Positions 1 through 6,619 of a stretch of DNA of 55,615 bases are shown here, piece by piece; position 1 is the stretch's first letter; each line of letters starts with the position of its first letter. Position numbers and translations under genes: made by a program. Below the pieces are notes generated by a model. It was not told where the DNA came from. It did not search any database and worked only from the letters and a program-made list of their open reading frames with translations. The stretch spans positions 1 through 55,615 of the forward strand of contig JAKPTH010000501.1 in the NCBI GenBank assembly GCA_029571125.1, written 5' to 3'. This DNA comes from a bacterium. GTDB lineage: Bacteria > Muiribacteriota > UBA9980.

Positions 1-37
1 CCGCTTCGAGTAAACTTTTCATTGATACTACTGACAT
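1..37 (-). CDS. rpsB: 30S ribosomal protein S2, first 12 codons only (gene continues past the left edge)
   Basis: Reverse complement of 1-57 reads AAGGAGG-N10-ATG TCA GTA GTA TCA ATG AAA AGT TTA CTC GAA GCG = MSVVSMKSLLEA. This is the conserved S2 N-terminus (compare B. subtilis MSVISMKQLLEAGVHFGH). Too short to appear in the ORF track. Confidence 0.6.
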   Translation of the reverse strand, partial: MSVVSMKSLLEA

Positions 38-160
38 TTGAGTAACTCCTCCTTATGGTTTTATTCCGCCACGAACGTCTTTTTTTTGTAAAATCCGCCG
101 CCACATGATGTTTTCAGTGTAACGCCGGGCACCTTCACAAAAATCGGTTCGTGTGTGAAT

Positions 161-169
161 TGCTATAAT
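161..169 (+). promoter_or_regulatory. possible extended -10 promoter (TGcTATAAT) pointing toward the repeat/GC-island region
   Basis: TGCTATAAT at 161-169; no good -35. The only plausible plus-strand start signal upstream of the 206-627 elements. Confidence 0.25.
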
Positions 170-205
170 TTTATCACAAAATTAAACATTTTGCAAGATT
201 TTTTA

Positions 206-311
206 GGCATGAACCATATAAATTTTTTCGAAAACTCGTTTGAAAGTCATTTCGGAATTTTCATCGCTCGTGCTCCTGCTTCTTCATGAATGACAGCTCT
301 TAAATTTTTAT
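206..311. repeat. AT-rich, shortened paralogue of the 5' part of the 343-627 GC-rich element
   Basis: 220-275 aligns without gaps to 381-436 with 43/56 identities (AAATTTTTTCG...CTCGTT...CGCTCGTGCTC). 10 of the 13 mismatches are A/T here versus G/C in the downstream copy. GGCAT 206-210 matches GGCAG 366-370. Confidence 0.55.
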
Positions 312-342
312 TAAGAACAATTGAATTTTAAACTGGTTCTCT

Positions 343-627
343 TGTGTTTTAAGCGGGTAGTTTATGGCAGGGCGCCAGACAAATTTTTTCGGGGACTCGT
401 TCAAAAATCCCTCCGGGATTTTTGCCGCTCGTGCTCGGGCGCCGCACGCCGATGCCGTCCGTGGCGCGTGCGGCATTAGGGCTTCCGTGCCCCGACCTCT
501 CGCCCATCCATGACTCCAGATAAGCTTCTTGCCCGACAGACATGGATGTCTTAGTGCCGCCGATGCCATGGATGGCAAGGAGGCGGCCCTCAAAAATTTT
601 GTCTGGCCCCTGCTACACGCTTAAAAG
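343..627. ncRNA. candidate large structured RNA of unknown class (alternative: MITE-like inverted-repeat element)
   Basis: GC-rich island: row 421-480 is 44/60 G+C, versus 26/60 in 241-300 and 11/60 in 741-800. Closing helices are 347-360/613-626 (13 of 14 bp) and 368-393/587-612 (~25 bp with small bulges). Internal perfect hairpins are 403-411/415-423 and 441-449/466-474. Segment 504-512 has two alternative partners, 541-548 and 567-575. The overlapping ORFs have no recognisable protein features. Confidence 0.4.
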
Positions 628-706
628 CAACTTAAAAATAGGTTGATGAGCCTTATTGCTAATAATAAAACTTTATGCTGACTCACCGGCAGGCCATTAT
701 TGCTGC

Positions 707-734
707 GCAGACGCGCGCGTAAGCGCGTGTCTGC
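707..734. other. 12-bp GC-rich hairpin with GTAA (GNRA) tetraloop
   Basis: GCAGACGCGCGC-GTAA-GCGCGTGTCTGC (one G-T pair). It is followed on the plus strand by a long polypurine A-rich tract (735-815). There is no U-tract in either orientation, so it is not a canonical terminator. Confidence 0.4.
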
Positions 735-894
735 AAAAAAACAGAAATAGAAAAAGAAATTTTAGCAGTTAAGAAAAAATAAAGAAAATCAGAAAAAAAT
801 TGTAGCGGCATGAGAGAAAAGCGCATATGAATTAAAGCGTCGGCGGAAAAGCCGGCACAAACAGGCATAAAGCGTCAGGGAAATCGGGGGTTGG

Positions 895-986
895 AAGGGA
901 TTATAAGGGAAGGGAGGGGCCGTTGGCACCTCGCCTTCCCTTATCCAAAAATTTTGAATTAATTTTATCCGTACAAAATGAAAAGC
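895..986 (+). repeat. copy A of a ~90-nt conserved hairpin element (second copy at 20727-20820)
   Basis: AAGGGATTaTAAGgGAAGGGAGGGG stem (903-917 pairs with 929-944; 15 bp with one bulge), then CTTATCCAAAAA, then ACAAAATGAAAA 29 nt after the stem. Same order, spacing and orientation as copy B. Confidence 0.6.
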
Positions 987-1012
987 GGTTTAAATTTCAA
1001 ATCGTAAACAAT

Positions 1013-2074
1013 CTATCTTTTAACGACAACGCCGTAGTAGCTTCTGGTTGTCCAGATGGCATTGAAAGCTGCGGTGCCGTAGCGAAGTTGTTTTCCGGTC
1101 CAGGGGTCGTTGACGTAAACGTATCCGTCTTTTACGCCCGTGACTACCATGCAGTGGCCGTCGGCCATGCCGTAGCTGCGGGTATCGACGTAAACTATAA
1201 CGGGTATTCCGCTGGCCGTGGTGCTTTTAAGCCAATCTATATTTGCGCCGCCGCCGGCGAAGCTGCCGTTGAGGCCCAATTTTTTAGCCGCGTTGAGCAT
1301 ATCGTCGGAATAAGTAGTGCCTTTAGTGTCGGTATTGCAGAGTTTAGCCACTTCTTTTGTGCTGAGTTTTATGCCGTGATATTCAAGGACCATTGCAAGG
1401 CATGTAGGGGCGCAGTAATGCGTACCGTTAGGGCCGTTGGCCGGATCGAGCTGGGTGCGCAGCGGGACGTCGAGCAATTTTTCGCCTTTAGAGCCGCCTC
1501 CGAAAAGGCCGCTGAAAAAATCCAATATGCTGGCGAAAAAGCCTTTATTTTTAGCCAGGGAGCCGGTTTCGCGGAGTACGCGGTCGGTTACCAGCTCCGA
1601 ATTGGGGAGCGGATTATAGTTAGTCTGAGCGTTCTGATTGGAATTTGAATTATTTGCGTTATTCGAGCCGTTGTTGGAGTTATTTGCCGCAGAGTCAGTT
1701 TCGCGGTTGCGTGTATCGCGGGTATTAGATTCGGCGGGTTCGCTTCCCTGGTTCTGGTTTACCTGCGGCGAAGCGTTCTGCTGCTTGAGCATGGCATCGT
1801 ACTGTGATTTATAGTACATGTAAATTTGGAGTTTTTCATCGGATTCGCGGCCGCTTATTTTATCGTTGTTAAAATCGTTTATAGCCTGCATGCATTCTTT
1901 ATAAGACGCCTGCATCAGGGTTTGGGCTTCGGTAACTGTTCTGGGCTTTTTGAGTCCGAGCCGGTCCGCGTCTGTGTCTGTGAGCATATTTTGGGCGTAA
2001 ACGGCGAACGCGGCAAGAAAGAATGCGGCGGTCAATAACGATATAAAAATTTTATTTTTAGATTTATTCGACAT
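1013..2074 (-). CDS. secreted papain-fold cysteine peptidase, C39-like C-terminal domain
   Basis: ORF 1013..2083; start moved to ATG 2074 (AAGGGTG 6 nt upstream). Signal peptide KIFISLLTAAFFLAAFAVYA, an N/S/Q-rich low-complexity linker, then GTHYCAPTCLAMVLEYHG ... GHCMVVTG ... VNDPW (Cys/His/Asp order of C39-like peptidases). Confidence 0.6.
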   Translation of the reverse strand: MSNKSKNKIFISLLTAAFFLAAFAVYAQNMLTDTDADRLGLKKPRTVTEAQTLMQASYKECMQAINDFNNDKISGRESDEKLQIYMYYKSQYDAMLKQQNASPQVNQNQGSEPAESNTRDTRNRETDSAANNSNNGSNNANNSNSNQNAQTNYNPLPNSELVTDRVLRETGSLAKNKGFFASILDFFSGLFGGGSKGEKLLDVPLRTQLDPANGPNGTHYCAPTCLAMVLEYHGIKLSTKEVAKLCNTDTKGTTYSDDMLNAAKKLGLNGSFAGGGANIDWLKSTTASGIPVIVYVDTRSYGMADGHCMVVTGVKDGYVYVNDPWTGKQLRYGTAAFNAIWTTRSYYGVVVKR

Positions 2075-2118
2075 ACAAATCACCCTTTCATTTCAGCGTC
2101 ATAAAACGATTCACAATA

Positions 2119-2147
2119 ATTATAACCGCTAAAATGAGTTTTGTCAA
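2119..2147 (-). promoter_or_regulatory. sigma70-type promoter for the C39-like peptidase gene
   Basis: Minus strand reads TTGACA (2147-2142), a 17-nt spacer, then TATAAT (2124-2119). Perfect consensus, ~38-nt leader with SD. Confidence 0.6.
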
Positions 2148-2158
2148 CGGCCGGGTAA

Positions 2159-4051
2159 TTAATTAAAAATAACGCCTTCACCGCAAAATTCGTTCATAAG
2201 CAATTCGAAGCGGTCATACTGCAGCCCGGATATTTTTGATTTGCCTTTAAGGGAGTCCAGAAGTATTTTTTTATTTTCTCCTTCAAAAGCCGCCATTTCA
2301 AAAATAAAAGACTGTGCGCCGACGCCGGTCATATGGCATTTAGGGCATCCGCGTCCGTGATAAATTTTGCATGCGCGTTTTACGGATTCGTCGAAATCCT
2401 CTTCGCGGCAGAAATTACATATAAAATCGACGTTTTTAGCGGCCATTACGGTAAGTTTCGACGAAAAAATATCTTTAGCCTGATTCAATGAAGCTACTTT
2501 ATTTAAAACCGATTCGACCGAAGGCTCCTGCATGGTTAATATAACCAGGGCGCCTGTAGCCAGGGATTTTTGAACATGTTCGAACGACGAAACGTCGTGC
2601 ATGACGCTTGTGGCTATTATATCCGCGCCAAGATTTATAGCGGTTTCGTGAAGCATTTTAAGGCTCGGCTCGTTCACCTGCGAATATTCAACCTGCGCGA
2701 TATCGTTAAGCGGGCAAATAAGATCTTTTTCAATTGACACTATTTTTTTATCGAGGTTCATTTTTGAAAGTTCGTTGAGCAAAGTATAATAAAGTTTGGT
2801 AAGCCCGAAAGAATCGGGCGAAGTTAAAATTAAAAGGCCTGATTTCTGAACGAGCGCATCGCGGAGTCTGGCGCAATAATTTTTCTGGTGTTTAAAATAG
2901 CTTTCGAGCGGCCTGGGAAAATTATTTAGCGAAAGGATTTTCAGCACCATATTTTCGCCGAAAAGCGCGGGCACGGTAAGCGCGTTGACGAAAAGCTTAA
3001 GGCTGGAAAGGTTCAATGCAAAATTCGAAACCTGGAATATACGATCTTCCTGGTAATCGAGCTTTCCCAGGTATTTAATCTTGGCGACTATATAATCGTA
3101 ATTTTCCGGTTTTATAGAATGAGTTAAATTAAAAAAGCGGCCGTTGATTTTAATAAAAATTTTAATATGGTCGCCGAAGGCTTCGAAGTGTATTTCGCTG
3201 GCATTAGCGCGTGCCGAATCGTATAAAATTTCAAACAGCGGCCTGACGAGCGAATTTTTATTATCGGCGATAATATCGAGCACTTCCTGAGGGAAGTTTG
3301 AAGGCCTTTTAAACGATTTTACGCTCTTAAACTCCTCGAGCTGTTCGTTCACTTCTATTTCGCTGAATTCGTCTATAGGGACGCTTCGGGCGTTTTTAGG
3401 GCATATATTTTCGAGCGCCTTTAATATGGCGCTGAAAGAAGTTATGACGAAACTTATTTTATAAGACGCGAAAAAAGACGAGTTCAAAATGTCGCCTATA
3501 TTAGACGGATCGCATATAGCGAATTCGATTTCTTTATTTTTAGGCGAGTATTTAGTAATAATCGTCAGAAAGGTCGTAAAAAAGGAAGGATCGACGCCTT
3601 CCGGAATAATTTTTGCGGCTTCGAGCTTAGCCGGCGCTATGTAAGTTAAGTCGAAAGCCTTCGCCAGCGCGTGGGCGAAATTCTGTTCGGAAAGTATGCC
3701 TGAAGTTATAAGATATTTGCCGAGCTTTCTGAGATTTCCTTTTTTAATAAGGAAAACGCGGGTAAGCTCGTCGAAGGAAATAAATTTTTCTTCGACTAGG
3801 ACGGTCGGAAGGTCTTTATTCTTCATCTGTGATAAAATGATCGAGTAAAGGTCGCGGCGAGACAGTATATTATTTTCAAGCAATATTGTTCCCAGGCGCT
3901 TTTTTTGTGATGCGCAGGCTTTCATATAATTTTGAAGTTCGGCATCGGTCAGGTATTTTTTTTCGACCAGAATTTTACCGACAGTTTCATCGAACGAAGG
4001 TTCAAAAAACTTCGCCTTTTGTTTTTTTTCGCTTGAAGCCGTATTCGGCAT
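2159..4051 (-). CDS. GspE/PilB-family secretion-ATPase homologue with degenerate catalytic motifs (predicted pseudo-ATPase)
   Basis: N-terminal T2SSE_N/MshEN-like helices (RLGTILLENNILSRRDLYSIILSQ; KLGKYLITSGILSEQNFAHALAKA). In the C-terminal ATPase fold, Walker A reads LTSPDSFGLT (canonical TGPTGSGKT), the Asp box reads SIEKDLI, Walker B reads GADIIATSVMHD, and the His box reads TGALVILTMQEP. The tetracysteine motif CNFC...CPKC is retained. SD AAGGAGA; 26 nt downstream of the preceding gene. Confidence 0.7.
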   Translation of the reverse strand: MPNTASSEKKQKAKFFEPSFDETVGKILVEKKYLTDAELQNYMKACASQKKRLGTILLENNILSRRDLYSIILSQMKNKDLPTVLVEEKFISFDELTRVFLIKKGNLRKLGKYLITSGILSEQNFAHALAKAFDLTYIAPAKLEAAKIIPEGVDPSFFTTFLTIITKYSPKNKEIEFAICDPSNIGDILNSSFFASYKISFVITSFSAILKALENICPKNARSVPIDEFSEIEVNEQLEEFKSVKSFKRPSNFPQEVLDIIADNKNSLVRPLFEILYDSARANASEIHFEAFGDHIKIFIKINGRFFNLTHSIKPENYDYIVAKIKYLGKLDYQEDRIFQVSNFALNLSSLKLFVNALTVPALFGENMVLKILSLNNFPRPLESYFKHQKNYCARLRDALVQKSGLLILTSPDSFGLTKLYYTLLNELSKMNLDKKIVSIEKDLICPLNDIAQVEYSQVNEPSLKMLHETAINLGADIIATSVMHDVSSFEHVQKSLATGALVILTMQEPSVESVLNKVASLNQAKDIFSSKLTVMAAKNVDFICNFCREEDFDESVKRACKIYHGRGCPKCHMTGVGAQSFIFEMAAFEGENKKILLDSLKGKSKISGLQYDRFELLMNEFCGEGVIFN

Positions 4052-4077
4052 AGTCCGTCTCCTTTACTTATAAGGAT

Positions 4078-4677
4078 TTATTTCCGTTTAAATTTTTTGC
4101 CGGTATTTTCGCCATTTTCTTCGGTATTGTTTAAATCCGGATTTACATCGGCCGACGATTTGATATCGCGGCGCGTAGATTTTAATATAGAATCCAGCCA
4201 GTCGCAAACTTTTATTTTTTTGCCTTTAGATATTTCAACCAGGTTATCGGCTCCGGTTTTAGGCGAATATGAAACCAGTTTTTCGCGGAATTCGTCCAAT
4301 TCTTTGATCTGGGCAAGTTTCATCGCCCAGCGAAGGCGGATTTGATTGGCGAAGTTATTTGCGCTCAATTTTTCCGAATCGACGTAAAAGGATAATTTTG
4401 AATTTTGAATATAACTAATAAGATCGTCTGGTTTTATAATTGAAGCCGCGGAAGGCGAGCCTATTGAATACGAGTTGAATTCGATCTTTTGAATGCTGGA
4501 TTTCGGGACTGATATGCGTCCGAAGCCGGCTTCGACTTCGAAGGTGCCGCCTTTCAATGATACTATGTCGCCGGTAATACGGTCGCCATTGATAAATATA
4601 ATTTCTTCGGCCGCGTGGGAAAAAGAAAAGCCGGCGCCAAGCGCCAGAATGACCAGAGCAGTTTTTAATATTTTCAT
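4078..4677 (-). CDS. secreted protein of unknown function, first gene of the operon with the PilB-like pseudo-ATPase
   Basis: Signal peptide MKILKTALVILALGAGFSFSHA; SD AGGTGA; promoter immediately upstream. No recognisable catalytic motif. Confidence 0.55.
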   Translation of the reverse strand: MKILKTALVILALGAGFSFSHAAEEIIFINGDRITGDIVSLKGGTFEVEAGFGRISVPKSSIQKIEFNSYSIGSPSAASIIKPDDLISYIQNSKLSFYVDSEKLSANNFANQIRLRWAMKLAQIKELDEFREKLVSYSPKTGADNLVEISKGKKIKVCDWLDSILKSTRRDIKSSADVNPDLNNTEENGENTGKKFKRK

Positions 4678-4695
4678 TTAAATCACCTATTTAAG

Positions 4696-4725
4696 ATTAT
4701 AACACACCGGCTTAAAATAAGTCAA
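4696..4725 (-). promoter_or_regulatory. sigma70-type promoter for the 4677-2159 operon
   Basis: Minus strand reads TTGACT (4725-4720), an 18-nt spacer ending in TGT, then TATAAT (4701-4696). Confidence 0.5.
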
Positions 4726-4763
4726 GAGAATAGAGTACAGATAATAGAGAATAGAGTACAGAT
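4725..4763 (+). repeat. tandem direct repeat, 2 x 18 bp (AGAGAATAGAGTACAGAT) with 21-bp period, abutting the -35 box
   Basis: 4725-4742 and 4746-4763 are identical. A related copy, TAATAGAGAATAACATACA, lies at 8398-8416 upstream of the O-antigen-ligase-like gene. Confidence 0.6.
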
Positions 4764-4831
4764 GAGGACTTTTTTATTATTTAAGGTAAGTTTGTTATGT
4801 GGTTCGGCGCCTTTTAAAATGTCAAAAATCA

Positions 4832-4864
4832 TTAACTATTCACTGTTCTCTGTTAACTGTTAAC
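4832..4864 (+). repeat. 33-nt intergenic repeat, copy 1 (copy 2 at 10491-10523)
   Basis: TTAACTATTCACTGTTCTCTGTTAACTGTTAAC versus TTAACTATTCACTATTCACTCTACACTATTGAC: 25/33 identical, with the first 13 identical. Its reverse complement resembles the 18-mers at 4725-4763. Confidence 0.5.
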
Positions 4865-4873
4865 TTGAAAGAA

Positions 4874-4909
4874 AAAACCCCGACCGCATTAAATGTCAGC
4901 CGGGGTTTT
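4874..4909 (-). terminator. rho-independent terminator of the porin gene (usable in both directions)
   Basis: AAAACCCCG ... CGGGGTTTT stem flanked by A-run and T-run. A second hairpin, GGGTAGA-AGTATA-TCTACCC, lies at 4924-4943. Confidence 0.6.
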
Positions 4910-4975
4910 CTTTATATCGCGGGGGGTAGAAGTATATCTACCCTTATCCGCTTTAGTTTAGTGTTTTATGTTAAA

Positions 4976-6619
4976 TTAGAATTTAACATTGAGGTCTAAA
5001 CGAACCTGATCGTGGTCAGCAGGAGCACCAACGCCGAGAGCTGTGTAGTCAGCATCGTCGTCTTTGTATTTGGTTGTTCTGTAACGAAGTTTGAAAGCTG
5101 TGTTTTCTCTGTACTGGTAGGTACCGACTAACTGAACGGTGTTCTGATCGAAATTGCCAGAAGCGCCAACAGCGTTTTCCGTTTTAGCTTTTAAATCTTC
5201 ATACCAAACATCCATGTGTAATTTGTCGGTAGCCTTGTAGCCGAGGATTACGCCGGCGATTTTTGAATTATTGAATGAGTCAGCAACAGCTGCGCCAGCT
5301 TTTGACCATGTGTTGCCAGCAAGGCCGCAGTTAGCGTATACGTTGTTTCCGTAGTAAGCTGAATCGCTGTAGTCATCATTGATACCGAGAACTAAGAAGT
5401 CTTTCTGTCTTTCCTGATAGAGAGCTGTTAAGTCCCAACGGTTGTTGATTGTCCATTCAACGCCGAGTTTGAAAGCCTGGCCTTTCCAGTTGTTAGCAGC
5501 GTCGATATTGTTGATAACGTAGAGCGATTTGTCTTTTGCAGGTTTCTGTTCAAGGAATTCAGCGAAAGCAACAACGTGTTTGCCCATTTTGCCATCGAGG
5601 GTTAAACCGTACATATCGAGAGCCGAGTAAGCGTTGCCAGTACCGCTGATGCGGTCGTAAGCGCTGGATTTGGTGAAATAGTAAGCGCCGGCTGCAACTT
5701 GTTTCCAGGCGTGGTCAACTGTGAACAATTTGGCATCGAGGCCGTCATTGTTGCCACGAGCTGCGAAATTGTTACGAGTGTCGAGAGCTGCGAATGCGAA
5801 ATTAGTATTTTTGTGAGCTTTCTTTATTAAGAGACCGTCAACTTCGTTATCGAGAACGAGGCCTTTGCCTATTGTTAAGGTGAAACGGCCGGCTCTGAAG
5901 TTATCGATTAAGCGACCGCCGCCGAAATTTCTGACGTCGATGTAACCTAAGAAGAGGTCACGGTTCGTGTCAGCCGCGGTATCGTTGTTGAAACCAGTGT
6001 TAGGGTTGTTCTGGGTCGCGAAACCGTGAACTGTTGAGTCCTGTAACGATAAGAACGTAGAAACGTTATCGTCAACCTGACCTTTGATGTTCATGCGGAG
6101 TCTGTTTACGAATCTTGAATTACCAAGATCAGCAACGCCAGCGTTTAAGTCTTTGTATTTGTTGTCTTCGAAACGAACGCGGTCTTCGAGAGTAACTCTG
6201 AATTTGTTGAAGCCGTTCTTTTTGAGGGTGTCAACGTCTGTTTTCAGAGTGTCAACGTCGTTACGGATAACTTTTACTTCTTCTTCGAGAGCCTGAACTT
6301 TAACGCCGAGGAGCGCGAGTTCGTCTGCGAATTCGATTGTGAGTTTCTGTAAGGTTTCGAGGTCAGCGCCGCCGAATTTTTTGTCTATTAAACGAGCTAC
6401 TAAAAGAGCCATTTCGTATCTGGTCATAGCTTTTGCGCCTTTGAATTTGCCGTCAGCATAACCTTCGAGAAGGCCTTTTGCAGCGAGGCTGTTAACTGCT
6501 TCGTAAGCCCAATGTTTTTTCGGAACGTCCGAGAACGGACCTGCGAATGCAGCACCGATTGCTGTTGCCAAGAATACCACTACAACTACTAATAATAAAC
6601 CTTTTTTCATTATTTTCAA
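4976..6619 (-). CDS. SLH-domain outer-membrane porin (OmpM/Mep45-type OM-to-peptidoglycan tether)
   Basis: Signal peptide, then an SLH motif (FSDVPKKHWAYEAVNSLAAKGLLEGYADGKFKGAKAMTRYEMALLVARL). A coiled-coil follows (LEEEVKVIRNDVDTLKTDVDTLKK), then a long beta-rich region ending in ...RLDLNVKF with a terminal Phe typical of beta-barrel OMPs. SD AAGGGGGA. Confidence 0.75.
   Translation of the reverse strand: MKIMKKGLLLVVVVVFLATAIGAAFAGPFSDVPKKHWAYEAVNSLAAKGLLEGYADGKFKGAKAMTRYEMALLVARLIDKKFGGADLETLQKLTIEFADELALLGVKVQALEEEVKVIRNDVDTLKTDVDTLKKNGFNKFRVTLEDRVRFEDNKYKDLNAGVADLGNSRFVNRLRMNIKGQVDDNVSTFLSLQDSTVHGFATQNNPNTGFNNDTAADTNRDLFLGYIDVRNFGGGRLIDNFRAGRFTLTIGKGLVLDNEVDGLLIKKAHKNTNFAFAALDTRNNFAARGNNDGLDAKLFTVDHAWKQVAAGAYYFTKSSAYDRISGTGNAYSALDMYGLTLDGKMGKHVVAFAEFLEQKPAKDKSLYVINNIDAANNWKGQAFKLGVEWTINNRWDLTALYQERQKDFLVLGINDDYSDSAYYGNNVYANCGLAGNTWSKAGAAVADSFNNSKIAGVILGYKATDKLHMDVWYEDLKAKTENAVGASGNFDQNTVQLVGTYQYRENTAFKLRYRTTKYKDDDADYTALGVGAPADHDQVRLDLNVKF

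Noticed and set aside
300-593. Two overlapping minus-strand ORFs (97 aa and 64 aa) covering the GC-rich island
   Set aside because: They exist only because GC-rich sequence lacks stop codons. The products are Arg/Ala/Pro/Gly-rich with no motifs, no SD and no promoter, and the sequence is better explained by nested helices.
343-627. Possibility that the GC island is RNase P RNA, tmRNA, SRP RNA or 6S RNA
   Set aside because: I found none of the following on either strand: GGAAAGTCC / ACAGAA (RNase P), a GGGG...TTCGA(C)...CCACCA tRNA-like end (tmRNA), or CAGGTCCGGAAGGAAGCAGC (SRP). The AAGGAGGCGGCC at 577-588 only superficially resembles the SRP helix-8 3' strand, and the 5' strand motif is missing. 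This still needs cmscan.
978-1007. Mini-ORFs MKSGLNFKS (978-1007) and MKKSLFCH (20812-20838) starting in the conserved ACAAAATGAAAA tail of the twin hairpin elements
   Set aside because: They have no SD or leaderless-type promoter in front, the peptides diverge after 2-3 residues, and the conservation is more simply at the nucleotide level.
923-1648. 241-aa plus-strand ORF
   Set aside because: It is antisense to the well-supported C39-like peptidase gene, starts inside the hairpin element and has no motifs. This is a typical shadow ORF.
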